Notes under the pieces: model-generated
Databases searched by the model: none
Seen by the model: the letters and a program-made list of their open reading frames with translations, nothing else
What the model was told of the DNA's origin: nothing
Shown here: positions 10,201 through 19,802 of the stretch, piece after piece
How the letters are laid out: every line of letters begins with the position of its first letter
How positions within the stretch are numbered: the stretch's first letter is position 1
Position numbers and translations under genes: made by a program
Source: a bacterium
Lineage (GTDB): Bacteria; Electryoneota; Electryoneia; Electryoneales; Electryoneaceae
DNA: 64,000 nt
Direction: 5' to 3'
Assembly (NCBI GenBank): GCA_963669175.1
Contig: OY769902.1
Coordinates: forward strand, 512,001 to 576,000

Positions 10201-11836
10201 GCCGCTTACGGATTCATACAAGCCGTTGCTGGAACAGTTGCTCCGTATCTGGAAGATTGACGGTTCCCTGCCGAGAAAAGCGGATGGAAAACGTGTGCTG
10301 GTCGCCAGTCTTCATGGCAGCGGGGGACGTATCCCTGCGATGACGCAGGACATGATCATGGCGGCAGCGCTGGCAAAGCGTGGTGCGAATGTCAAGTTCC
10401 TGGTCTGTGACGGCCTGATGACCGGGTGTGTGCTGCGAACCCTGAAAGAGGATGGCGAACCGGGCGGTTGGATGAACCGTTGCATGTCCTGCTACGGTCA
10501 GTCCAAATCTCTGGTGGAATCTATGGGATTCTCCGCGATTGCGCTTGGCGATTATGTGTCAATCCCGAAACGGCAGGAACTGCGCCGCATGGCCGATACC
10601 CTTCCCCTCGACCATGTTACCGACATCACCTACATGGACATGCCGGTCGGTGAGATGGCCTATTCCAGCACTGAACGCTTCACCATGGGCAAGCTGAACA
10701 ATACCAATCCAGAATACGAACAGTATCTGCGGGAATACCTGTACACATCGCTGGTGATGACAGAAGCCTACAACGCAGTCGTGACCATCCTGAAACCGGA
10801 CCATATTTTAGCGGATCACCCGTGTTATGCGGACTGGGAATCACTATTGCTGATGGCTGGACGGGAAAATATTCCTATCACCATCTGGCATGCTTACTAC
10901 ATCAAGCAAAGTTACCTGTTCCGTACCTGCGCTCCGGGCGAACGTGGTATCATGTGGTACTACCCGCGTGATGAAGAATGGGCCAACATCAAGGATCGCA
11001 CTCTATCCCCGCTTCAACAGAAACGGCTGGATCAATACTACCACAATTTCATCCATCGTAAAAATGTCCGCATGTTGAGCCATGATCCCAAGCTACCGGA
11101 CCAGGAAGCATTACGCCGTAAATACAACCTCCCGCCTGATCGTCCGGTTTGGGGCATTTTCCCTCACTTGAACTGGGATGCAGCGGTGCTGGGCGGTGAG
11201 AAAATGGCTCACACTACTGCAACTGAATGGCTGGTGGAAACCCTGCGGATCATTCAGGAAGTCAAGGATGTGACCTGGGTGATCAAGATTCACCCGGTGG
11301 AATTCCGCACCAAGACCGAATACGGTAACATGCACCTGATCAGGCAGCACATGCCGGAAATTCCCGATCATGTCCGCATCATCCCCGGCGAGGATTCGGT
11401 GAATACCTTTGGCCTGCTGGGTGTGCTGGATGGTGTGATTACTATTCTCGGCACCATCGGGCTGGATGCGACTTCGTACGGCCACATCCCGGCGATTGTC
11501 TCAGCGGAAGTGCATTATGGATGCCGTGGCTTCACCAACGATTGCCTGACACGTGAACAGTACGAGAACGCTCTTCGGGACGTGGTAAACATCAAACTGT
11601 CTCCGGAACAGTACACCATCGCACGGAATTACGCGTACAATTTCCTGGTGGAACGGTTGATTCCGTTGAATTATTTCACGCCTGATGCTCGCGTGAGCCT
11701 GTTGAACCTGAAGTCGCTCGACGATCTTGATCCCGGGAAAGATCCGTACCTGGATTTCGTCTGCGACCGTATGCTGAACGGCGGCGGGTTCTCCATGCCG
11801 GAGGATATGATCAAGAAGTCGCCGTTTATGAGGTGA
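7226..11836 (+). CDS. Multidomain glycan-modifying protein: sulfotransferase + degenerate sulfotransferase-like + FkbM methyltransferase + capsule-biosynthesis GT-B-like domain
   Basis: GGTGRCGTSLL, EKTP and RNPLDVASS; DIGGNEG, AFEPS and KIDVEGAE; WVIKIHPVE and GTIGLD in the C-terminal third. Confidence 0.8.
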   Translation: MNESAVQIGTDRPIFVGGTGRCGTSLLVQSLGKHPDLLMFEESRYFDKEGAIIRALMGHPMDDVLLRDLFGHRRKMLIRSLVRLPVDGVLDEVDSFFTEEILEREVQDAFAGTGNAVEALRVLTDRLFMRPTRAVGASRWVEKTPHTVEQVHHLHSLFPDLLYLHTIRNPLDVASSVFKRPWGPKNAEEFVTYYNGIMHRAEQAHTLLTQAAGNDDHYCVVEFEEYCSRPEETLAGMIRFLQLRVDDAIMETMAGTVNKDHIHSGSWKKDLSEADAELIRAQCFPVHQKWQERARSDAARWARSNGNHQSVDTSPSVPGVPMQDDQPQGKYIAVLTPHRFDPSSAIQTLSKAGEAVLSVHDIKADKLRMDRYSLTTVELEQGIGQHHLPYLEFLDAELNRHQAVVDWDGWAPDLIPGLHRAFPVDSCVYLVNNGINEVNTVSEMLSAGNDTAHTMDLLYRARWRLAGNDPAQWRNLGNFEKACFAWGWYAGKKLELTAALGADRVHAMTLESLNNQEEAARFLSTLTPDTQLPIDGFKGYEPDDAVAAWASWTDDQKNLFRQWCGPTMETWGYAIPNGQHPAQQERVEETKISVQPEPEPLPARKEVIQILDALNQQVHAGHWQPAMQITKQLRQVELLAGEWEALRSIAASLFRLRPVGPYPYWRFCLPEVLPEPAQITMLRKELWQLFRKHPEEAKFVVNWWHDLKLNLQLAADSGRCFYTSETLEPNEFAFLDRVLQPGMILLDIGGNEGLFSMFAARKVGTSGAVHAFEPSSREQQAFKANMTLNNLSQVHLHEVALGDTPGTIELNIAGFEHMGHNTVGSKFYYDSVKADHVEEVQVMRLDDVVREQGIKRVDMIKIDVEGAEVMALRGGRETIERFHPLILSEYQNGSLQLAGSSIQEYVQLLEELGYELYEFDEETGLPERCPKAPERDTNIIAVPQGKSLEDYYRRQSAPEAQPVLVPVVTEADPEKEAAEAVWNLPYQPRKYLPLTDSYKPLLEQLLRIWKIDGSLPRKADGKRVLVASLHGSGGRIPAMTQDMIMAAALAKRGANVKFLVCDGLMTGCVLRTLKEDGEPGGWMNRCMSCYGQSKSLVESMGFSAIALGDYVSIPKRQELRRMADTLPLDHVTDITYMDMPVGEMAYSSTERFTMGKLNNTNPEYEQYLREYLYTSLVMTEAYNAVVTILKPDHILADHPCYADWESLLLMAGRENIPITIWHAYYIKQSYLFRTCAPGERGIMWYYPRDEEWANIKDRTLSPLQQKRLDQYYHNFIHRKNVRMLSHDPKLPDQEALRRKYNLPPDRPVWGIFPHLNWDAAVLGGEKMAHTTATEWLVETLRIIQEVKDVTWVIKIHPVEFRTKTEYGNMHLIRQHMPEIPDHVRIIPGEDSVNTFGLLGVLDGVITILGTIGLDATSYGHIPAIVSAEVHYGCRGFTNDCLTREQYENALRDVVNIKLSPEQYTIARNYAYNFLVERLIPLNYFTPDARVSLLNLKSLDDLDPGKDPYLDFVCDRMLNGGGFSMPEDMIKKSPFMR

Positions 11837-11908
11837 ATGCTTGTTACCCAGATTGCGATTCTGGATATCATCCAGCAAAGCTGATACATGACAGCGAGCA
11901 GTATGCTT

Positions 11909-11949
11909 CCCGACAGCAAGCAGTACGCCTCGGAGCACAAGTCGGGCCA
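11909..11949. repeat. Family F short palindrome (cccgacagcaagcagtcgggcca) carrying an 18-bp insertion
   Basis: Compared with uninterrupted copies near 34026, 57370, 29458 (rev) and 30224 (rev). Confidence 0.8.
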
Positions 11950-12009
11950 CATGTCTTTGTGTGTGTTTGTGTGTGTGTATCAGTATTCCAAGTTTTACTT
12001 ACGACACTA

Positions 12010-12178
12010 TTGGCCCCGTCCGGCTTGTCCGGCGGGGTTTATTTTAATTTAAATTAAAGAGTTAGTCCTTTAGTAGTCATGCGATGATAATCATGAACTC
12101 TCACACTATTTGATCAAAACCAAAGGTTGAACTCCTTCATTTAGAATAGACCACCGCCGGACAAGCCGGCGGGGCCAA
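12010..12178. repeat. Family D REP pair in inverted orientation around an AT-rich core
   Basis: ttggccccgtccggcttgtccggcgggg at 12010 and ccgccggacaagccggcggggccaa ending at 12178; single copies near 25156, 33950, 37708, 38155. Confidence 0.85.
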
Positions 12179-12480
12179 AAGGAAAATCTGTTCCTCACGG
12201 AAAATATTACCCCTGTCTTTCAACACAATCGTTGTTGTCACAACAACGTAAGCAATGTAATATCATATTGTTACAACACTTCTCGCTCATCCATATCCCC
12301 CACAAATACTGGCCCCGGGTTTGCTTTCATGAAGGTTGGAAGAACTGTACATCTGCGTAAAAGCTCAAGTGGTACATGAGTATTTCCTGATATTTCACCT
12401 CATGTACGAGTTTCAAGCTACCTCGTGTACAGGTTGATTACAGAAGACTTGCAGGCTGCACGGCAGCCGGGAAGACACTC

Positions 12481-13503
12481 ATGGAAAACCACGGCTCAAA
12501 CGGTCACTCTTATAGCCTGAACGGTAAAACCGTCCTGGTTACCGGGGGAAGCGGAACCTTCGGCAAAGAGTTCATTCGTATTATGCTCAAGGACTACGAT
12601 CCGGCGAAAATCATTGTGTTCAGCCGTGATGAATTCAAGCAGCATGAGATGCGAAAAGGCGGCTTTGACCACCCGAAACTTCGCTATTTCATCGGCGACG
12701 TACGTGACCATGAACGTCTCCTCCGTGCTTTCGAAGGTGTTGACGTTGTCATCCATGCCGCTGCGCTGAAACAGGTGCCGGCCTGTGAGTATAACCCGTT
12801 TGAAGCTGTCAAGACGAATGTAATCGGCTCGCAGAATGTCATCGGCGCAGCCATTGATGCCGGGGTGAAACGTGTCCTGGCGATCAGCACCGACAAGGCA
12901 GTCGACCCGATCAACCTGTATGGCGCCACGAAGCTCACCGCAGAGCGTCTTTTCCTGCAAGGTAACGCCTATTCCCATGCAGGCGGCGCGATTTTCTCCT
13001 GTGTTCGCTATGGCAATGTACACGGCAGCCGAGGCAGTGTCGTCCCGCTCTTCCAGGAACAGGCCAAGACCGGAACCCTGACTGTAACCGATGAACGTAT
13101 GACACGTTTCTGGTTGCCCATCGAACAGGGAGTGCGCTTCGTAATCCATTCCATCGAACGCATGCGTGGCGGCGAAATTTTCGTACCGAAACTGCCCAGC
13201 CTGAACCTGATGGACATCGCCAGAGCCATCGCGCCGGAAGCACAGATCAAAATCATCGGCTCACGTCCGGGCGAAAAGCTGCATGAGACCCTGGTCAGTG
13301 AGCATGAAGCCCCGAAAACACTTGAATACGACGACTACTACATCATTCACGGCGCCATTTTCATCCTGAATGAAGAACGCAAGAACGGCGGGAAGCACGT
13401 GGACATTGAGTTCTCTTACAAGAGCAACAACAATACCGAGTGGCTGTCGATACCGGATCTGCAGGAACTGATTTTCGGGGATGAAAAAGTCGAGGTCGCC
13501 TGA
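12481..13503 (+). CDS. pseB: UDP-N-acetylglucosamine 4,6-dehydratase (inverting)
   Basis: TGGSGTFG, FSRDEFKQ, HAAALKQVP, STDKAVDPINLYGATK, RYGNV.GSRGSV, RPGEKLHE. Confidence 0.92.
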   Translation: MENHGSNGHSYSLNGKTVLVTGGSGTFGKEFIRIMLKDYDPAKIIVFSRDEFKQHEMRKGGFDHPKLRYFIGDVRDHERLLRAFEGVDVVIHAAALKQVPACEYNPFEAVKTNVIGSQNVIGAAIDAGVKRVLAISTDKAVDPINLYGATKLTAERLFLQGNAYSHAGGAIFSCVRYGNVHGSRGSVVPLFQEQAKTGTLTVTDERMTRFWLPIEQGVRFVIHSIERMRGGEIFVPKLPSLNLMDIARAIAPEAQIKIIGSRPGEKLHETLVSEHEAPKTLEYDDYYIIHGAIFILNEERKNGGKHVDIEFSYKSNNNTEWLSIPDLQELIFGDEKVEVA

Positions 13504-14705
13504 TGGGCACAGATGACACTTCTGCGGACAAGTTAGCGCTGGAAGGTGGTACACCTGTTCGCGATACTTTGCTCCCTTATGGCCGACAGACGATTGATCA
13601 AGATGATATTCAGGCCGTGCTCACGGTTCTGCAATCCCCTTTTCTGACAACCGGCCCCGAAGTAAGCGCGTTTGAACAGGATGTCCTCTCCTATACCGGA
13701 AGTACATATGCAGTGGCCGTTGCCAACGGTACCGCTGCGCTTCATGCCGCCTGTCATGCGCTGGATCTGAAACCGGGCGATGAGGTGATTGTCCCGGCAA
13801 TGACCTTTGTTGCCACCGCAAACGCCGCAGTATTTCAAGGAGCGATCCCGGTGATTGTCGATGTTCTGGACGATTCCCTGCTGATCGATCCGGAAGCGGT
13901 TCAGAAAGCAATCACAGAAAAAACCGCTGCGGTAATCGCAGTGGACTATGCCGGACAACCGGCTGATTACCCCGCACTTCGTGATGTGTTGAACGGAACC
14001 GGAATCGTCCTGGTCGCGGACGGGTGTCATTCGATTGGCGCGCAACGTGACGGGATCAATGTTGGTAAACTCGCGGACCTTACCTGCCTGAGCTTTCACC
14101 CGGTAAAAACCATTACCACCGGTGAAGGCGGGATGATAATGACCGATAACGAAGAGTACTCCGAACGGATGCGACGCTTCCGGAACCACGGCATCAATCG
14201 TGACAGCCAGACCCGTTCCGACGCCGGAGACTGGTTCTACGAGATGGTGGACCTGGGGTATAACTACCGTATCACCGATCTGCAATGCGCATTAGGACGT
14301 TCCCAACTGAAACATCTGGATGAGTGGCTGAAACGCAGGCGAGCGATTGCTTCACGTTATGACGAAGCCTTTGCGAAGCTGGAAGGGATTGAATCGATCA
14401 GGATTGATCCCGGGACGATTTCCGCGCGCCATATTTACCCGATCCGTGTCAAGCCGGATGTTCTGCACCAGGGACGTGGTGAGGTGTTCAGGGCATTACG
14501 TGCGGAAAACATCGGGGTGAATGTTCATTATCTGCCCGTGCATCTGCACCGGTTCTATCGTGAACACTTCTCCACCTGGATCGGTATGTGCCCGGTCGCG
14601 GAACAAGCGTATGAAGAACTGATCACACTTCCCCTCTTCCCTGCGATGAGCGATGCAGATGTGGAAAGCGTCATCACCGCTATTCACAAGGTTGTCTCAC
14701 ACTGA
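13503..14705 (+). CDS. pseC: UDP-4-amino-4,6-dideoxy-N-acetyl-beta-L-altrosamine transaminase (DegT family)
   Basis: LPYGRQTID, NGTAALH, SFHPVKTITTGEGG, GYNYRITD; adjacent to pseB. Confidence 0.9.
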   Translation: MGTDDTSADKLALEGGTPVRDTLLPYGRQTIDQDDIQAVLTVLQSPFLTTGPEVSAFEQDVLSYTGSTYAVAVANGTAALHAACHALDLKPGDEVIVPAMTFVATANAAVFQGAIPVIVDVLDDSLLIDPEAVQKAITEKTAAVIAVDYAGQPADYPALRDVLNGTGIVLVADGCHSIGAQRDGINVGKLADLTCLSFHPVKTITTGEGGMIMTDNEEYSERMRRFRNHGINRDSQTRSDAGDWFYEMVDLGYNYRITDLQCALGRSQLKHLDEWLKRRRAIASRYDEAFAKLEGIESIRIDPGTISARHIYPIRVKPDVLHQGRGEVFRALRAENIGVNVHYLPVHLHRFYREHFSTWIGMCPVAEQAYEELITLPLFPAMSDADVESVITAIHKVVSH

Positions 14706-15100
14706 TCCTGGATTCGCACAAGAATTCACAGGATGAACAGGATGGGTAAGGATACTCAGGATAACAGATTGATTTTAATGATAAAGTTTATTGACGATCT
14801 ATACGAATCCTAAACAATGAAAGCCTTTTTCTTTTCTTTGCGCCTTTGCGTCTTTGCGTGAAACTGAAGTTCTTCCTTGTAATCCTCCTGTAGTGCTCAT
14901 ACTTTTCTTAAACCTTTACCTGAAGTTGTCACACGGTTTGCTCCTGATTTTCATGGATGAGGATGGGGACTGGCAGAAGGTTGTCAGAGAACGGAAAATG
15001 GGGATTGACTCCTGTTGTTGTTCTCCCAGGATTCATCTGGACAGACGCAGGTCCAAAAACTGGCAAAAACTGGGGTCTGTCCCTATTTTCCCTATTTTCC
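14705..15100. repeat. Mosaic spacer: family A AGGAT run, family B (tttgcgcctttgcgtctttgcgtgaaa), family G ggggtctgtccc-type palindromes
   Basis: Direct comparison with the other spacers in the window. Confidence 0.75.
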
Positions 15101-15118
15101 ACGTAGACAGGGAACAGT

Positions 15119-16108
15119 GTGAAGAAGGTTACGCTTCTTGCTGATGGCGGTCCCGGTGTGGGATATGGTCACCTGGCACGATCCACCCTGCTGGGACATG
15201 AACTGCTGAGACGGGACATCCAGGTCCGCCTGGTGACGGAACCAGGCGCTTCAACCTCCCCGCAACTTCGGTCGTGGCAGCGAGATACGACCTTCCTCGC
15301 CACCTCCCACGACACATTTTGGTATGAAATATTGGATGACCAACCGGACTGGTTGGTGATAGACAGCTATCGAATCAGAAAAGACCAAGTAGAATCTTCA
15401 TGCCAAGAAGAAGTGCGAACACTGGTGTTCTGGGATCATGAATCCCCACCTCCTGCTGCTGACCTTGTGGTGGATGCATCCCCGGCGCGACTAATCGCTG
15501 AACCTGCGAAAAAGCACTGCCTGTATGGCCCGAAGTTTGCCTTACTTCCAGTGGAAACAAGCAGTAGCGATAGGGTTGTAGCGAATACTGTAAATCAGGT
15601 ACTGGTTACCTTTGGCGGGACAGACCAATCTCACCTGTTGCCGGATGTGCTGGAATATGTCCGTAGGTCATTTCCGCTGGCACAGGTAGAAATTGCCGCC
15701 GCAGGATGGGTAAAACTGGCGGAAAAGGTTGTGGACAGCGACCATGAGACGATTGTGCTCCATGGTCCCCTGCCCAGTTTGGAGCCGTTAATCGCAACTT
15801 CGGATCTGGCTATTTGTGCTGCCGGGCAGACGTCCTTTCAACTGGCTCGCGCCGGGGTGCCGGGTATCCTGATTGCTCTTGCTGACAACCAGCGTCCGAA
15901 TCATGCTGGCTGGATAAAGTCTGGAGTGTTTCTGGATGGCGGAAACTGGACCGAAGGAATCACACGGGAGAAGTTAGAAACTGCCCTGAATCAGATACAG
16001 GAAAAAGGTGTGCGTGAAGACCTGAGCGCACGTGGAAAAGAACTGGTAGACGGTAAAGGCGCGGAACGTATTGTTGACGCCATGATGGAGGTAGAGCAGG
16101 ATGGGTGA
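15119..16108 (+). CDS. pseG: UDP-2,4-diacetamido-trideoxy-altropyranose hydrolase (PseG/SpsG family)
   Basis: GVGYGHLARS, VIDSY, LVTFGGTD, AAGQT, ADNQ, VDGKGAERI. Confidence 0.8.
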   Translation: MKKVTLLADGGPGVGYGHLARSTLLGHELLRRDIQVRLVTEPGASTSPQLRSWQRDTTFLATSHDTFWYEILDDQPDWLVIDSYRIRKDQVESSCQEEVRTLVFWDHESPPPAADLVVDASPARLIAEPAKKHCLYGPKFALLPVETSSSDRVVANTVNQVLVTFGGTDQSHLLPDVLEYVRRSFPLAQVEIAAAGWVKLAEKVVDSDHETIVLHGPLPSLEPLIATSDLAICAAGQTSFQLARAGVPGILIALADNQRPNHAGWIKSGVFLDGGNWTEGITREKLETALNQIQEKGVREDLSARGKELVDGKGAERIVDAMMEVEQDG

Positions 16109-17150
16109 AATTCTGCTGGAATCGGGAAAACGTATCGGTGATGACCATCCGGTGTACATCATCGCGGAAGCGGGCAGCAACCATAATGGCAGTCTGAACC
16201 AGGCGTTTACCCTGATCGATATTGCCGCCGATGCCGGCGCGGACGCGGTAAAATTCCAAACCTTCCGTGCAGATCGGCTCTATGCCAAATCAGCCGGACG
16301 CAGCGACTATCTCGGCGAAGAACGTGAGATCAACGACATCATCGCCGAGCTGGAAATGCCGTTCGACTGGATTCCCCAGCTTGCTGCGCATGCACGTGAA
16401 TGTGGTATCGACTTCCTCTCCACTCCCTTCGATGAAAAATCCGCTGACTTGCTGGCCAAGCATGTCCCGCTGTTCAAAATCGCATCCTATGAGATGACGC
16501 ATATTCCTTTGCTGCGTCATGTCGCCACATTCGGCAAACCGATGGTGGTATCTACAGGAACCGCAACACTGGATGAAGTGCGCGCCAGTGTGGCCGCCAT
16601 GACAGAGGCTGGAATTCGTGACCTGGTCCTGATGCAATGCACCGCCAGCTACCCGACTCCACCGGAAGCGGCGAATGTGCGAGCATTGGTGACCCTGCGT
16701 GAAGCGACACGGTTTATGACCGGGCTGTCGGACCATACCCGTGATCCGTTAGTCGCACCGATGACCGCGACTGCTCTGGGCGCTGTGGTAATCGAAAAGC
16801 ATTTCACCATCAGCAACCTGCTTCCCGGCCCGGATCATACCTACGCGATTGAACCGAATGAATTACGGGAAATGGTACGCTGCATTCGTGAGGTGGAAAC
16901 TGTGCTTGGTTCCGGGGAAAAGAGTGTACAAGAAGCCGAGTTGGAATTGCGTGATTTTGCCCGTCGCTCGTTGTTTACCACACAGGCAGTGAAGAAGGGG
17001 CAACCGTTCAGCCTGGATTTTATTGCGGCGCTTCGTCACGGCAAACGTACTCCCGGCCTGGCTCCAGACCAACTGGAGCGTGTACTGGCCTCAAAAGCCG
17101 CTTTCGATATCAAGGAAGATGAAGCCATCCGTGAGGAGATGTTGGCATGA
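16101..17150 (+). CDS. pseI: Nonulosonate (pseudaminic acid) synthase, NeuB/PseI family
   Basis: IIAEAGSNHNG, KFQT, STPFD, KIASYE, GLSDHT, IEKHFT, GPDH. Confidence 0.85.
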   Translation: MGEILLESGKRIGDDHPVYIIAEAGSNHNGSLNQAFTLIDIAADAGADAVKFQTFRADRLYAKSAGRSDYLGEEREINDIIAELEMPFDWIPQLAAHARECGIDFLSTPFDEKSADLLAKHVPLFKIASYEMTHIPLLRHVATFGKPMVVSTGTATLDEVRASVAAMTEAGIRDLVLMQCTASYPTPPEAANVRALVTLREATRFMTGLSDHTRDPLVAPMTATALGAVVIEKHFTISNLLPGPDHTYAIEPNELREMVRCIREVETVLGSGEKSVQEAELELRDFARRSLFTTQAVKKGQPFSLDFIAALRHGKRTPGLAPDQLERVLASKAAFDIKEDEAIREEMLA

Positions 17151-17677
17151 GTATAATTCCTGGTGATGGCATACGACTGCGTCCACTGGCGGAAGGCGAT
17201 ACCGAACGAATTGTCCGCTGGCGCTCACGTCCCGAGGTGGTCGCCGGGTTGTTCAGCGAACGTGGCCCGACTGCGGAAGAACATGAACGCTGGTTCAAAT
17301 CATACTTGCAGGATGATCACCGGCAGGAATTTGTCATTGAGATGATTGAAACGGGTCAACCTGTAGGCACCATCGGGTTGAACAACCTCGACTTTCACCA
17401 CATGCACGGAGAATTCGGGGTGTTGATCGGGGAAGACAGCGTGCGTGGCAAGGGAATCGCCCATAAGGCTGGCGTGGCGATCCTGAGGTATGCGTTTAAG
17501 GAATTAGGCTTGGAGCGGGTGTACCTGCTGGTATTTCCAGGAAACGAAGCGGCGAACCGGCTGTATCATCGTCTCGGCTTCGTCGAGGAGGGCATTCTGC
17601 GAAACCACATCTTCAAGGACAACGAGTTCCGTGATGTGGTGATGATGAGTGTATTGGTGGAGGATTTTAATGGCTGA
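17147..17677 (+). CDS. pseH: GNAT N-acetyltransferase (PseH-like)
   Basis: RGKGIA, N.AA.RLY..LGF..EG.LR; position in the pse operon. Confidence 0.75.
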   Translation: MSIIPGDGIRLRPLAEGDTERIVRWRSRPEVVAGLFSERGPTAEEHERWFKSYLQDDHRQEFVIEMIETGQPVGTIGLNNLDFHHMHGEFGVLIGEDSVRGKGIAHKAGVAILRYAFKELGLERVYLLVFPGNEAANRLYHRLGFVEEGILRNHIFKDNEFRDVVMMSVLVEDFNG

Positions 17678-18293
17678 ACGGGTCGCCATTGTCAACTACG
17701 GGATGGGAAACCTGCGTTCGGTGATGAACGCTTGCGAAGCATTGGGTATCCCGGTATCCATTGCCCATACCCCAGGCGACCTGGATAAGGCCAGTCATAT
17801 CATCCTGCCCGGTGTGGGCGCCTTTGCCGACGCCATGCAGTACCTGCGTGATGGCGGGTGGGTGGAACCGTTGTATGAGCAGGTTTTCGACCGGAAGAAA
17901 CCATTTCTTGGCATCTGTCTGGGGATGCAATTGTTGATGGAACGCAGTGAAGAAGGTGGAGACCAAGAAGGATTGGGCTGGTTCAAAGGTGCAGTGAAGC
18001 GACTGCCCGACGACAACGGCACCCTGCGTATCCCGCATGTGGGCTGGAACGATGTCCATTTTGAAAAGCGGGTTGGCGCCTTTGCCCAGTCTTCTGAGGA
18101 AGCGACGTTTTATTTCGTGCACAGTTTTGCCGTGGTCCCGGATAAGCCGGATGAAGTCGCCGGGTGGTGCGAATACGGACAACCTTTCGCGGCAGCGTTG
18201 TGCCGTGATCATGTCTACGCTACCCAGTTTCACCCGGAGAAAAGCCAACGGGATGGTTTGGCCATCCTGCGCGGGTTTGCGGAAACGGAATAA
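17670..18293 (+). CDS. HisH-like glutamine amidotransferase subunit (WbuY-like, glycan amidation)
   Basis: YGMGNL, LPGVGAF, GICLGMQLL, QFHPEKS. Confidence 0.88.
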   Translation: MAERVAIVNYGMGNLRSVMNACEALGIPVSIAHTPGDLDKASHIILPGVGAFADAMQYLRDGGWVEPLYEQVFDRKKPFLGICLGMQLLMERSEEGGDQEGLGWFKGAVKRLPDDNGTLRIPHVGWNDVHFEKRVGAFAQSSEEATFYFVHSFAVVPDKPDEVAGWCEYGQPFAAALCRDHVYATQFHPEKSQRDGLAILRGFAETE

Positions 18294-18451
18294 GACCGGT
18301 TTCACGCAAAGACGCGAAACTGGCAATATTGCAGAAATGGGAAAAATATCTCACGCAAAGACGCAAAGAAAGGCAAAACCTTTGTAATGCTGTGTTGGGG
18401 CTTTTGAAGTAGTGCAGCCGGATTTTCAGAAACGGAAAAAGCATTTTTAGT

Positions 18452-18670
18452 GTTGTGTCAGGTCTTGGCACGCATAGCCAGTTGTGTCAGGTCTTGGCAC
18501 GCATAGCCAGTTGTGTCAGGTCTTGGCACGCATAGCCAGTTGTGTCAGGTCTTGGCACGCATAGCCAGTTGTGTCAGGTCTTGGCACGCATAGCCAGTTG
18601 TGTCAGGTCTTGGCACGCATAGCCAGTTGTGTCAGGTCTTGGCACGCGAAGCGGGTTGTGACCTGACACG
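18452..18670 (+). repeat. Tandem array of a 29-bp unit (gttgtgtcaggtcttggcacgcatagcca), 6 perfect copies plus a 7th that closes into a family C hairpin
   Basis: Units start at 18452, 18481, 18510, 18539, 18568, 18597, 18626; ends gtgacctgacacg. Confidence 0.95.
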
Positions 18671-18740
18671 TAACAGGAAGAACAAGGATGGTAAAGGTCT
18701 CGCAACATATTCCGGGTAACCGAACCAGGGAGAAGCGCTC

Positions 18741-19538
18741 ATGCTGAAAGTGCGTCTCATCCCGGTGCTGTTGCTTCAAAACGGCCTGCTGGTGCGTAGC
18801 GAAACCTTCTCCATCCACCAGATCATCGGCAACCCGATCCACGAGGTTGAACGCTACAACCAGTGGAATGTGGACGAGCTGATCTACCTCGATATTACCC
18901 GTGAGGGTGGCTACGACCTGCGACGCGCCGACCAGAAAATCCGTAACCTGGCCGACCCGATGCAGATCCTGGAAGAGGTCAGCAAGACCTGTTTTATGCC
19001 GTTGACCTGGGGCGGACGTATCCGCAGCCTCGACGACATGATCCACTGCATCCAGCATGGAGCGGACAAGGTGGCGATCTGTACCGGGGCGTGGGATACG
19101 CCGGAACTGATCGAAGCCGGGGCGAAACGATTGGGTAGCCAGGCGGTGGTGGTGACAATTGATGTAAGACGTGATATAGAAGGAGTACCGTCCGTATGGG
19201 TGGAGGGCGGTTCTCGCGCCACCGACGCTCACCCGATAGAGTGGGCAGTTGAGGTGGAAAAGCGTGGCGCTGGTGAAATCCTGTTGCAGAGTATTGACCG
19301 TGATGGCACCGGGCGCGGGTATGACAGGAAACTGATCAGCGAAGTCGCGGAAGCGGTGAAGATACCGGTGATTGCGTTGGGTGGGGTAAGCACCTTCGAA
19401 CAGTACAAGGCTGGGGTGAAAGCGGGGGCTTCTGCTGTAGCGGCGGCGAACCTGTGGCACTTCAAGGAACTGGCGGACCGTCAGGGAAAACGTGCCTTGC
19501 AACGGGCGGGAGTCCCGGTGCGCGCACCTTCCAAGTGA
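18741..19538 (+). CDS. HisF-like cyclase subunit (WbuZ/AglZ-like)
   Basis: RLIPVLLL, VDELIYLDI, PLTWGG, GADKV, GAGEI, SIDRDGT. Confidence 0.88.
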   Translation: MLKVRLIPVLLLQNGLLVRSETFSIHQIIGNPIHEVERYNQWNVDELIYLDITREGGYDLRRADQKIRNLADPMQILEEVSKTCFMPLTWGGRIRSLDDMIHCIQHGADKVAICTGAWDTPELIEAGAKRLGSQAVVVTIDVRRDIEGVPSVWVEGGSRATDAHPIEWAVEVEKRGAGEILLQSIDRDGTGRGYDRKLISEVAEAVKIPVIALGGVSTFEQYKAGVKAGASAVAAANLWHFKELADRQGKRALQRAGVPVRAPSK

Positions 19539-19752
19539 GTCACAAGGGATTCACAAGATGTACAAGATAGCTAATGATAAACAGGATACGTGGTAGAATG
19601 TACAAGATGGGAAGGATAGTAAGGATACTAAGGATAAAAATATTATTAGGGTTAAAAGACAAAATGAAATTCTTAAATTATTTGTTTAATTAATATTATT
19701 TATTTGTTTTTCTTTTAATCTTTTCTTTGCGCCTTTGCGTCTTTGCGTGAAA
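19539..19752. repeat. Family A AGGAT run + AT-rich core + family B
   Basis: tacaagatgggaaggatagtaaggatactaaggataa; tttgcgcctttgcgtctttgcgtgaaa. Confidence 0.85.
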
Positions 19753-19802
19753 CAAATCAGTTCAAGTAGTTCAACGACAGACAACAGTTTTAAGGATTAG
19801 TT

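Noticed and set aside
11953-11980. (GT)n microsatellite as a phase-variation switch
   Set aside because: It is short, interrupted and intergenic after a stop codon, with no evident promoter or frame to switch
18452-18647. CRISPR array
   Set aside because: The 29-bp units are directly adjacent with no unique spacers, and no cas genes lie in the window
17670-19538. Histidine biosynthesis hisH/hisF
   Set aside because: They sit next to an N-acetyl sugar amidotransferase in a glycan locus with no other his genes, so they match the WbuYZ-type paralogs
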